From assembly GCF_001194135.2 (NCBI RefSeq), contig NC_068990.1, positions 45,711,101 through 45,767,251 on the forward strand: 56,151 nt of DNA. Reading direction: 5' to 3'. The notes under the pieces are model-generated. The model was not told where the DNA came from, did no database searches, and was given only the letters and a program-made list of their open reading frames with translations. The stretch's first letter is position 1, and each line of letters starts with the position of its first letter. Positions 26,663 through 38,724 of the stretch are shown here, one piece after another. Source of the stretch: Octopus bimaculoides. Lineage: Eukaryota. The position numbers and the translations under genes are program-made.

Positions 26663-29050
26663 TATATATATATACACACACACACTTATCAACAAACTGA
26701 AATTTTATCAAAATCATCTTGGCCAATGTGTGTAATGAAGTAGTTGAACAAGTTATTGAAAGCTAAACTTAGCTTTTTGATGCTATGTACATTAAATATC
26801 ATAACAGTAACTTAATGACTGATATTATTGCTTTTTATTTTTCCTAACTCTAGTTAGCAAGTTGGATGGCTCCACCACCCAGTATTAAATATGTCAATGC
26901 TAACTACTGTTTTTCACGCAGATGGTGTCTAAGAGTAATTCATTCTATAAACATGATATATATGATGCACATGAGATGTGTTTGTGAATTTGCTGTATTT
27001 GTAACATGTGCCAACCAGGTTACAGCTGACATAGAGAATAATCAGTAACAACAAATGTCAAATTTACATTTTTACAGGTAGTCAACCTTACAATAATGCT
27101 AACCTCTACCACACACCTGTTAATTTCACGATAATAACAGATTTGCAAATGATTTTGTTTTTTCAGACCATAACCACCAATAATTTTGACAGAATTCAAG
27201 GAAAGAGACTAGCCATCACAATCTGATTTGCTCTATGTTGATGTTGTGGATTCATTCATGGAATTAACATGCAAACCACATTATTTGCAGGTCAATTCTG
27301 GTCCTTGAGGTCATGAAGTTAAATGGATTTTTTTTCAACAGAAAATTAACTAAAAGCTCTCAATGAAATATCATAAAAGTAACATTATTGTCATTTACTA
27401 TAACGAGTTGAATGAATGACAGAAAAAATACAAGAAAGTCTTTTGCAATATTAAACATTAAAATGGTAGGGTCTCCATGTGTAATGTAGGAAGATGAAAA
27501 ACTTACATCAACCGAAATTAGCCAAACAATTATGAAAGAAAAACTCCCATTAGAGGGTAATAAAAATCTGAAAAGAAGGGAGGTAACTTTAGTAAGATCA
27601 GGTGATCAACATCTTTGGACAATACAATGAAGTAGATCTAGTCTTTGAACCGGTGAAAGCAATGGGCATGTTTCAGTCTTATCAGGCTTCTTCAGCTAAG
27701 CACATTCTCTTCAGTTGGCAAGAATAAAGAGTGATTAGTGTGCATGTGTGTGAGTGTATGTACTGAAATAGATTACACTGACCATGAATAACAACAATAT
27801 GTCAGAGGAGTTTTATGCATACTAAATCCAAATATGACAGGGTCCTACCAATGTAATATAGTGAGTTATCATATATTATTGGAGTTAACTCGCTTGATTG
27901 TTAAGATTTTAGTTGCCTCCAGAAGTTTTTATTAACTAACTGCTTGGAGGACCTTAGTTTTTAGATTTTAAACACAACTAGAGTGATTTTTTGTTTACTA
28001 ACTGCTTAGATAATCTTAGTTGATTTAAGTTATCTAACTCACTATCATTTAAGTACAGTAAACAAGGAACTGGTCAAGTGATGCAGACACTTCTGATGAA
28101 ACCTCAATAAGGGTTGATAATTGATTAAGGCTGTTCATTATTTAAGTGCAGACATGGCCATGTGATTAAAAAGCTTGCATCTCTACCAAGAAGTCTTGGT
28201 TCAAAACCAAAACCTTGTAAGTGGATTTGGTTAATGGAAACTGAAAGAAGCCTGTTGTATATGTGTGTGTGTGTGTGTTTATCTGCCACCATGTGACAAT
28301 CGGTGTTGGTTTGTTTACATCCCTATAACTTAGTAGTTTGGCAAAAGAGATCAATAAAATAAGTAATAGGCTTTAAAAACATAAGTACTAGGGTTGGTTT
28401 GCTTGATTGAACTTTTCAAGGTGGTACCCCTGCATGACTGCAGTCCAATTATTGAAATATGTAAAAGATTAAAAAAAAAAAAAAATTATTAGAGTCCTAT
28501 TAGAAATAACTACCAAATCCCCTTTAGCTACATCCTACTTTCTTAAGAGTGAAAAGATACACTATGCCTAAGTTAAAGCTGCTACACCTTTGATCACAGG
28601 TCTACTTGATCAGGGCTGATCATGGAAGCTAAACAAAGACAACATCTACTTAAATAATGATTTCAAATGTTGGCACAAGGCCAGCAATTTCAGGGTAGGG
28701 AGCCAGTTGATTACATCAACTCCAGTGCTCAACTGGTACTTATTTTATTGACCCTGAAAGGATGAAAGGTAAAGTTGACGTTGGCAGAATTTGAACTCAG
28801 AAAGTAAAGATAGATAAAATACTGCTGAGCATTTTGCCCAACATGCTAACAATTCTGCCAGCTCAACACCTTTATCCACTGAAATATTAAAATACTGAAT
28901 ATATCACATGTTGTACTACACACTCACATATATATATATAATGAAACTTGTTGCTTTAGTAGTTTGAGGAGAATACATGTATGTTCAAATGTATTTCAAC
29001 TGTGACCATCCTGTCTTTTTGAGGATATCAATGATAACATTATCTAATGC

Positions 29051-29153
29051 GTACCACTTCAGCATGCAAACTGCAGCAGTATCTGGAGTCTATGCTGTGA
29101 AATGACCTGATCTAGGTTAGGGCTTAGGGTTAGACTGCACACTAAAGTGGAAC
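29051..29153. mobile_element. ~100-bp small element with imperfect inverted termini and a TTAGGG-like core
   Basis: gtaccacttcagcatgca pairs imperfectly with the reverse complement of tgcacactaaagtggaac. ggttagggcttagggttag lies at ~29115-29133. Confidence 0.4.
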
Positions 29154-29504
29154 CATTTAATGCATCTTTCACTTTTTAAGATGATAGAGTGCAGTTTGAA
29201 GGAGATTTGGTTTCCATCTCTAGCAGATTAAGTAAACCATATATTTTGATTCATTGACCTGTATTCATGACCTGGAAGTAGTTGTTTAGTTCAAATACAG
29301 TTCTGAATGTATAGACTTATGATGAAAGGCATTTTAGCCATGACTCATCCCACCATGACTGCGTGGAAGAAGTTTGCTTCCCAATTACATGGTTGCAAGT
29401 TCAGTGCCACTGCATGGTACCTTGAGCAAGTGTCTTCTACGATGGTCCTGGTCCAAGCATAGCCTCATGAGTGGATTTCACAAGCAGAAACTGAAAGTAG
29501 CCCG

Positions 29505-29560
<56 letters not shown>

Positions 29561-29613
29561 AAGTGTGTGTTTGTGTCTCCTTGTCTTAACATCGAATGAT
29601 AGTTATAAAATAA

Positions 29614-29763
29614 GGTAAATTTTCAGATTAACACCTACACGATTTTCACTAGGGTGTTAGGGTTAGGGTTTTAGGGTTAGGGAATTCTGTCCCTAACTAA
29701 CTCTAACCCTAAAACCCTAACCTCCAAGTGAAAATTGTGCAGGTGTTAATCTGAAAATGTATC
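29614..29763. mobile_element. 150-bp palindromic MITE with inward-facing telomeric repeats
   Basis: Arms ~29614-29682 and ~29691-29763 are near-perfect reverse complements. TAAAATAA direct repeats at 29606-29613 and 29764-29771. It interrupts a SINE-type repeat. Confidence 0.8.
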
Positions 29764-32738
29764 TAAAATAACAACCACTGTCATACAAGCAGTGTCAATC
29801 ATTTCAAATATTCTACAAAAACATGCCTGGCCATGAGAGTTGGTGGCAAGAATTTCATAAACATTTTGGAGATGGGGAACTAATATTTGTCATTTTGAGG
29901 ACCACTGACTTAATAAGAGAAGTGATGATTTCGACAGTTATGCCAGGAGGGAATGGGAAGATATTTAGACAATCGTAAGAAAAGAAGGTCCCAGTAGGAT
30001 TTTTATAGTTTGAGAGGGCTGACCCAAACGAAATCGTAGACTGTTTTAAAGTTGTCATTTCCTGCGATTAGAGAGAAAGAGAAGAGAGAGAGAGAACGTT
30101 AACAGAGAGAGAGTGACGGAATGGGTTAGATAATGACTCAGATTGAACACATGTAGTTAGTTGTACAGCCGGTGGTGCTAAGCTAATATAATAACCTCAG
30201 CTAATTAGTATGTGACGTTACTTTAGGATTAATTAATTAGATCAGCTGTACTGGGGCGACATCAAAGAGCAGATGTAGGAAGTTATCAGTATATGCATGC
30301 CACTTATATGAAACCAAACTACAGGTGTGTATGTGTGTGTGTGTGTGTGTGTACACACGCGCGCGTAAGTGTGAACTAAAATAAGGGGCAAATAAACAGT
30401 GAAGACCAGTTTCAAATACGTGTGCGTCGAAACATAACGTGTATGTGATATGTGCGCGTGTCATGTATGTGTATACGTACATGAGCATTAACGAACTAAT
30501 GGGGTGGGTGGGCATCTCCCAATTTCATTAGCTGTTTTCTATGCAATAAATAAACACCTTTTTCGGATACATGTACGATTCTTCTAAATGAAACATTAGT
30601 GTAGTTTTGATGACGACGAGGGTGAGGTAATTGACAGATCTCTCTCTCTCTCTCTCAGCTTCCACCGCCTGGGAAGGCAGAAACTTCAATGAACTGCGAA
30701 TGTCAAGAGTTTTTTTTTTTTTTTTTGATGGTTTTTGTTTCTCTTGATATTAATAGAAATCGTTAAATTCCAACGAAGTAACTGAGACTGGATTTTTTTT
30801 GACATAGAAATAGCAATGAATCGGTCATCTGATTAAAGAAAAAAATAAATAAATAATACACATGCACACACAACTACATATTTTTAAACACACATATTCA
30901 CATTGATATCCATATACACGTCTTTTCTCGCTGGTTCACACTTGTTTTCTTATACACACATTTATATAACACCATATACAATTTCTTTCCAAAAAGGATA
31001 TAGACGTGGCAGAATGACACAAGACGTTAAGCCGCACAAACACGCGCGCGCAACAATTCAGACGAATCACTATTTCTTACTTAAGGCATGAACGCCTCGG
31101 ATGTACAAATGAAGATAGAAATTTACTGTGGCGTTCATGTTCGGCCTCTAAACAATAATGAGTTACAATGAAATGCATCCCAACCATCCATACAATGATG
31201 GCTAGAGATTCTCGGTTTAGTTTTAGCACACTAATGATCAACAGCATTCCACCCATGACCATCTCATCATTTTTTTTTAGACATTGTGCATTCAGTTGTA
31301 CCTTGTCCGGTGTCCTTTACAAGATACTGGGTGGGGTGAGGGTGAGGTTTGGGAAGAATTTAGCAATTATTTCCAGGAAGTCACTGTTAGAGACATACAT
31401 AAAAAGTCCGTCGTCGTCAACTCGAGGTAGTAGAAGAAAGCTGTACGAGATTATCGTTCAGATGACGCCCATGTCGGTCGTTTTTGCTTGCCGGGGGATC
31501 AGTAATGTAGGAAACTATACAACACTATGGGGTTTCTTTCACTCGAAAAGAATATTCTGTATTGCAAATTGAAATATTTTATCATTGTAGTCGTTGCTTT
31601 TTGTCCTTTCAGGGTCGATAAAATATGTACCGACTGAGCACTCGGATCGATGTAATCGACTAGTTCCCCCACCTCCAACACCCCAAATTCCAGGCCTTTT
31701 GCCTATAGTCGAAAAAAAAAATTATTATTAGCTTATACGACAACCAGTTCTTGGTTCTAAGGAATTTTCGAATGGATCTATTCAACAGCCTCCTCCCAAT
31801 TAAAGGGGCCTGCTACCGACACTAGAAAGTACTTTATATAACAGTCACACAAGGAAGCTTCTGAGTGGTTGCTCGACGTGCTACAAATAAAAGCCAAACT
31901 CTTTCTCCTATCAAAACCTTACCGTCTTAAAAAGGGAGAGAAGATACACTAGCAAATGTAGTTCAAGAAACCGTAAGCCTAAACAAAAGACGGGACGGTC
32001 AGGGCTGGAATATTTTTTACCGTACAAAGGCAGGGAAGAGGCAAGTGGGTCAGTTTGGCATGAGTTTTCAATTTTGAAGGGACCTACTTACCCTGTTACA
32101 GGCAAAAGGGAATCCTGAATCTTTTTGTTTTTAAGAAATGATTCTAATTCTTGTATTCTTTTCTATTAAGTACACTACATACACATACTCGTGTAACCTG
32201 TAAAGAAATGTATCTAACACTAATTACTAAAACAATGAGTAGTTTGACATGGGGTCTGCATTTAACGTCTGGCCTGAGTCTATTACAAGTTTTGTAGAGG
32301 CCTGTAATATAGGTGACCAACTCTTCCCTCTTTGACAGACGTCTACATTAATACAGATTACATCTGACAGTTTCATCGTAAGAGAAAAAAAGTGCTGATA
32401 AAACACTATTGAAAGTGGGTTCCCATGATAAACAATATCATTCAATTTACATATAGAGTTAACAGCTTAGATTTTCTCTCTGGTTTTCTCGGCCTTGAGA
32501 GAGCACGAAGTAAACGGTTTATTAATACAGTTAATTGGTTCGCTCGGTACCTATTTTATCTGGCTAAAACGCCCAAATAGATATTTATGGTTTAGATATT
32601 TAGATGTGTGGAGAGAGAAATGACAATATAGAGTAGATTGAAGAAGCATAGGATGAGGTAGGTAGGTAGATAGATAGGTAGGTAAATGTACATATACATC
32701 ATTCATAGAAAGCATGTATAGAGAGAATGGTAGAAGCA

Positions 32739-32772
<34 letters not shown>

Positions 32773-33120
32773 AAACAGAGAGAGAATATGATAGATAAAC
32801 AAGTATGTATTTAAGTAGCAACCTTGATGTGTGAATGAGAGGTGCAAACAGGTGTATAAATGCTGTCAAAAAATATGGATTGATAGATGTATAGATAAAT
32901 ATGGGGCGGAATGGATTAAAACATTCATATTTCGAGAGAGAGAGAGAGAGAAAGAAAAATTGAATGAAATGAGTCAGATCTATAAGAAAGCATGAAACGA
33001 GAATAAGTAAAGGGGAGGTTCCCGATTTCTGAGGTGAATCATGTGCAATAGGAAGAGAACTAGAAGACTAAATGGAGAGACAAAGTGACATACCAAGAGT
33101 GATATACGTGTATATATATA

Positions 33121-33179
<59 letters not shown>

Positions 33180-33502
33180 CATACACACACACCTATATTA
33201 CAGAATGGAGAAATTTCAGGAGTGCAGGTGACAATCATCATCTGTGTGTGTATGTGTGTGCGAGTGTGCGTGTATGTGTGTGTATGCATTCAGAGGGCTG
33301 TGTGTAACATGTTTGAGTGTATTGCAAGTATACTTAAAAATGTGGAAGAAAAGAAATCCATCCATCTCACGAGTGGTGTCGATGACGATCACTTACACAT
33401 ATTCACATACACATATTCACACGCAACTGAATGACATGATATAGATATCTATATATGTGTATATAACACATATACCATATATATTTATATCATATACACT
33501 AC

Positions 33503-33620
33503 CTTTGGCATCACAATCAACACAGTATTTGTTGTCTTCATCCTTCAATAGTTGCGATAGAACAGCTTGGTATTTTTCCTGCGCTGCTCGTTGACGTTCT
33601 TTTTCATGTCGAGTACTCAT
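33503..33620 (-). CDS. SMAP1: First coding exon of a stromal membrane-associated protein (SMAP1/2-type ArfGAP)
   Basis: MSTRHEKERQRAAQEKYQAVLSQLLKDEDNKYCVDCDAK-G matches the SMAP N-terminus (...LL.EEDNKYCADC.AKG, first half of the ArfGAP C4 zinc finger). A at -3 of the ATG. Canonical AAG|GTAGT donor at 33502. The exon has 118 coding nt with a phase-1 intron. SMAP1 versus SMAP2 cannot be resolved from one exon. Confidence 0.92.
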
Positions 33621-34020
33621 TGTCTTTTAATATATACTTTCTTTGTGTTTGTGGCCCTTATTTTTTTTTAAAATTTTTCTTAGTTCCTTAGGGTGAACGG
33701 CCGCTATTGTAGTACCATAATATATTGTTTAGTGTGTTCCTTTATCCTAGTATTAGTATTATTACTACTACAGACTACCAACAGAACCTCCTCGTTACAC
33801 TAAACAACGGCCGCCTATGGGGAAGAAAAAAAAAAGATAGTAGTGAGAGTAGAGAATACCGACGAAGAAGTGAGAGAGACGGTAGAGGAGTAGTTGGAGG
33901 AAATACATTTAGTAAAAAGAGGGTGGCAGCGGGAGTAGGAGGAAGCGACGTAAGAGGAGTGGACTGCTGTGTGCTGCTTGTGTCAAGTACCGGGGATCCC
34001 TTATATGCTGGACAAATCTG
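33621..34020 (-). promoter_or_regulatory. Probable 5' UTR / proximal promoter of the SMAP gene
   Basis: Unique, CpG-containing sequence directly upstream of the ATG, pyrimidine-rich on the minus strand. The TSS cannot be determined. Confidence 0.45.
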
Positions 34021-37000
34021 ATATGTTCTTCACAAATCATACATTGGTTTATGATCGATAGAAATGATTGAGACAGTAAAAACATTGAATTGGATTCATT
34101 TTACTGTATCTATTTCGGCATCACCTTACTAGGCTGATTTCATAATTTCGTATGAGGTAAATAAAACAAGTTAAAAATAAAGAAACATATTTCTTTTACG
34201 GAAGGGTGTGTTCGGCAAATACCTTAAGAGTGCTTTCTCGGTATTTAGTTTCTAAAGCCACCTGTTTCTGCAAATAAAAATCCCGGTTGAGGCAACTTTA
34301 CCTGTTGGGTATATCGGAGTAATTAGGTACCTGTAAAGTTACTGATTTGATTCAACTGAGTCTATTCATCCTATTAAAGAAAAAAGAAAAGAAAAAAGGC
34401 TTGGCGTTGTGCCCAATCAAGAAGAAATCAATATTTCTCGTTTCGGATGATATAAAAAGATTGTTGGCTTATATTTAATCTTTGTGCTTAGTAAAAACAG
34501 GGGTACGTTTTTGACCGAACTGTCTTATCTTTTTTAAGTAATAATTTAAAAAATAGATATCGTTTCATAGTTTTGATTGAAGGAAAAGAAGCAAATATAA
34601 AAAAGTTAAATATGTGGAAGTAAGTTAAATACTGTTCAAATAATAGAACTTCCCATTGACAACCAAATGAAAAGTAAATGGATCGGCGTTGGTTTCGATG
34701 ACGAATATCCCAGTTTTGTAATCAACTGCACTGCCGACTAATTGAATTATATACTGTAAGTGGCTGGGTAGTTCACGAACATGTGTATCCTAAATGTAAC
34801 TGACGAGATGCAGCGCGACCACGTCGGATTTATGTATGAGCCAATATAAGCCAAGGCCCTCAAGCTTGGAGTCCCTAAGCATTGGGGTCCTTTTTACTCT
34901 GAAAAGCATAAAACTTGCAGATAGAAATTTAAAAAATAAATAATTTGTAGTTTTTTTTTACTTGTTTAATTTTTTTTAACGAATTCTTTAAAAATTATTG
35001 AGCCCTCTTTTCATTTATTAGGTTTATTGGGCCTTTTTTATATTTAAAAAGCCATTAAATTTAACTGAGTGCTTCTGAATTTATCAAGGCTGTTTTAAAA
35101 TTTGGAGCGCTTTAGATTTAATGTGGCCCGCTTTATTAACTTAAGTTTTGAGCAAGACACAATGTGCAATACAGGCCCTTTGGACTATAAGTGCAGACCA
35201 TTTACCTGGTTTTCACAGTACATGTCGACTTGAGACGATTGTAAGAGACAATTACCCAAGGAGCCACTGAGTGGGATCAAACCATTCAGCCATACCTGCT
35301 TTTACAATGTGTAAATACACACAGATGTCCTATAGTGCAGTGATTCTCTTACTTGGTAGAAGCTGTGCAAATGGGAAAAGGGGTGGACAAATTGTTATGT
35401 TTATTAAAATTAAAATGGTTTGAATCTTCTTAAACTTATCAAACACCACAGTCAAGACAGAACGTCATACAGATGCAAACACAATTGGTTTTATACTTAA
35501 TAAAGAGGACAGCAAATAATTTCCTTTGTGTGTGTTTATGGACGTCCAGGTTTTTGTCACTCAGAGAACCACTGATGTCACTAACCTGTAATAATTTTTT
35601 AGACATCTCCTAAAGATCAAGAACAAAAGAACTTGCTAGTGCTCCNNNNNNNNNNNNNNNNNNNNNNNNNNNNNNNNNNNNNNNNNNNNNNNNNNNNNNN
35701 NNNNNNNNNNNNNNNNNNNNNNNNNNNNNNNNNNNNNNNNNNNNNNNNNNNNNNNNNNNNNNNNNNNNNNNNNNNNNNNNNNNNNNNNNNNNNNNNNNNN
35801 NNNNNNNNNNNNNNNNNNNNNNNNNNNNNNNNNNNNNNNNNNNNNNNNNNNNNNNNNNNNNNNNNNNNNNNNNNNNNNNNNNNNNNNNNNNNNNNNNNNN
35901 NNNNNNNNNNNNNNNNNNNNNNNNNNNNNNNNNNNNNNNNNNNNNNNNNNNNNNNNNNNNNNNNNNNNNNNNNNNNNNNNNNNNNNNNNNNNNNNNNNNN
36001 NNNNNNNNNNNNNNNNNNNNNNNNNNNNNNNNNNNNNNNNNNNNNNNNNNNNNNNNNNNNNNNNNNNNNNNNNNNNNNNNNNNNNNNNNNNNNNNNNNNN
36101 NNNNNNNNNNNNNNNNNNNNNNNNNNNNNNNNNNNNNNNNNNNNNNNNNNNNNNNNNNNNNNNNNNNNNNNNNNNNNNNNNNNNNNNNNNNATATATATA
36201 TATATATATATAAATACACATTCTTAACACTATTCATGCCACCCATGTTCACTCACTGCTCTCCCCTTCCCTCCACCCTCCACTCTCCTTTCACACTCTC
36301 CCAAACTTACCTGCCCACTCACCCTATCCAGTCCTCTGCATCACTTATTATATACACATCCCTGTAACTTGAGAGTATACCTCATCAAATATTCACTATC
36401 CCCTTGCTCCCTCTCTCTTTTCTTTTTCTCTCCTCTCCCTCTCCTCTCTTTTTCCAACTGGGGTAACCATGTATCTACTGTAGGATGCCTGTTCCTGTCT
36501 CTCTATCATACTGTAACCTCTCGTCACCTGGCACAAAGTCACCTGACACAAAGTCACCTCCTTCAGTTAAGGAGTCTTGTCTTGCAGGGTACTTTGGTGA
36601 ACTTCCTGGTGCTGAGGGCACATAAAAAAACACCCTGTATAATCTGTGAAGTGGTTGGCATTAGGAAGGGCATTCTGCCATAAAAACCATTCAACTCATG
36701 CTAGTATAGAAAGCAGATATTAAATGATGAGGATGTTGATATATATATATATATATATGTATATAAATGAAAAATGCATTAAATACTACAAAACATACAC
36801 ATAGGACAGACACAGAAGGACCATAATTCTTCATCAGTTATTGACCAAAACATACCAATACCTAGTTTCATGCCTTTAACGATAAGACTGAGAACTTTGT
36901 TCATCAGTGGCACCTGCAAGATTTGTGTACAATTAGGGCTCAAGCAAACAAGACAATACAGAATAGACATACAAAAGTAAACAAATGTAATTTGAAATGA

Positions 37001-37389
37001 TAGACGGAGACAATATATAAAGCCTTTTGGCCAAACATGAGAATCATGGGTAATGCCTGGAAGAAATCCTCAAATAGATATGAGAAAAAGAGAATTAGTA
37101 AGAGAGGAGAAAAAGTTGACCGGCACACTAGATGTCCAGTGGCAAAAAGGCAGAGAAGAGAAAATTAGTCACGACTCATGTGTGAGCAGTAGATAGAAGG
37201 GAAGGAGGATGAGAGAGAGAGAGAACAGTGGAAGGAAGAGAGAAAGTCTACAATTAAGTGTGAGAAGATGAGAGAGAGGGAGAGAGGAAGTAAAGATGCT
37301 AGAAAAGGAATGTTAGGACGAGAGAGAAAGAAAGATAGATTTACAAAAAATATATAGAAACTTACTGTTAACAAAAGTCGGGATGCATG

Positions 37390-38640
37390 GCTGGGTCATC
37401 TTATAAATAATACAGTTTTTTTACACTTCTATTATTTTTCAAAATCACAATAAACAAAGTTCTTTTTTAATCTAAAATATACTCTCCTTCATTTTCTACA
37501 ATGCTCTTCCATCTATCTGGTAGACTTGCAAGGCCCCTCTTCCAAAATTCACTTGTCCATCATGAAAAATACTCCTCCAGTACTGTTCTGACCTTGTCTA
37601 CAGAATTCATATTTTTTCCATCCAGATGATTCTGAAGACGATGGAAAAAATGATAATGAAATGGGGCATTGTCTGGTAAATATGGTGGGTCGGGCATCAT
37701 TTCCCATTCAAACTGCGCCAGCCTTTGGAATGTCATCCTTGCTGTATGTAACTGAGCATTATCCTGATGGATGAACACCTTTCGTCATGAAATCAAAGAT
37801 GGTCATTTTTCTTCTAGCACTGACTTAAGATGCTCACAGTAGATCTCCTTTGTTATCATTTGGTTTGGGTTTAAAAGTTCAAAGTGGACTAAACCTTTCA
37901 TATCCCACCAAACAGATAACAACACCTTACATGGGTGAAGACCTTCTTTAGCCTGGAGTGCCGGTGTTTCTCCTTTCCCTACTTACTGTCTTTGGCACTT
38001 GACATTTTTATGGAGAACCCATTTCTCATCACCAGTCACTATTCGGTTCAAAAGAGGTTCATTTGTGAAATGTGACAACAAAGAAGAGCATACATTCACT
38101 CTCTGCATGCAATTAGACTTGGAAAGTTTGTGAGGAACCCATTGATTCAATTTGCTGACTTTTCCAATGGCACATGGTTGTCAATGAATGGTTGAATGAC
38201 CAAATCCAAGCTTCTCTGCTAGTTCCTCAATAGTTATGATAGGATTTTATTCCACCAGGGTTTGCAGGACATCCTTGTCGAGCTCTACAGATCTTCCTGG
38301 ATGAGACTCATTTTCTAGGCTGTAATTTCCAGCTCAGAATTTCTGGAACAACAATTGACACTGTCTTATGCTTATTGTCTGATTCCCATATACTGCATTA
38401 ATATTTCTCACACTTTCCATTGCATTGTTTATTGAACTCATAAAACTTTGAAAAAATAAAGCTTTGAAGAAATAACTGTGAAAATTGAACTGCACTCTTC
38501 AAAACTTGCACTAAGAATAAGTAAAAAGTAAAATTACTACCTGCTTTTATAGTAAGTTGATGCAAGTAGTTTATGCTGCTCTCCTCTGACATTTCGTTCA
38601 TGCAATTGAAAAAAAACACTTTATTTATGGGATGACCCAA

Positions 38641-38641
<1 letters not shown>
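37390..38641 (-). mobile_element. Full-length (~1.25 kb) decayed mariner with both TIRs
   Basis: TIR (C/T)TGGGTCATC(TT/CC)ATAAATAA at both ends. Minus translation shows WVPHKLS, VTGDEKWVLH, LLSVWWDMKGLVHFELL, HQDNA and PPYLPDNAPFHYHFF. Confidence 0.9.
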
Positions 38642-38695
<54 letters not shown>

Positions 38696-38724
38696 AATTT
38701 TATATAGTTCATATATATTTCTTA

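Noticed and set aside
29650-29725. Relic of a chromosome end-to-end fusion
   Set aside because: The arrays are very short, enclosed by non-telomeric inverted arms and an 8-bp TSD, and lie inside a SINE-type repeat in an intron. Transposition explains this better.
31168-31572. 134-aa plus-strand ORF in intron 1
   Set aside because: No recognisable domain or splice context; a chance ORF in the more GC-rich region is the simpler explanation.
33417-33502. Continuation of the SMAP ORF (SVYDINIYGICV...)
   Set aside because: Read-through past the GT donor into AT-repeat intron sequence; no SMAP similarity.
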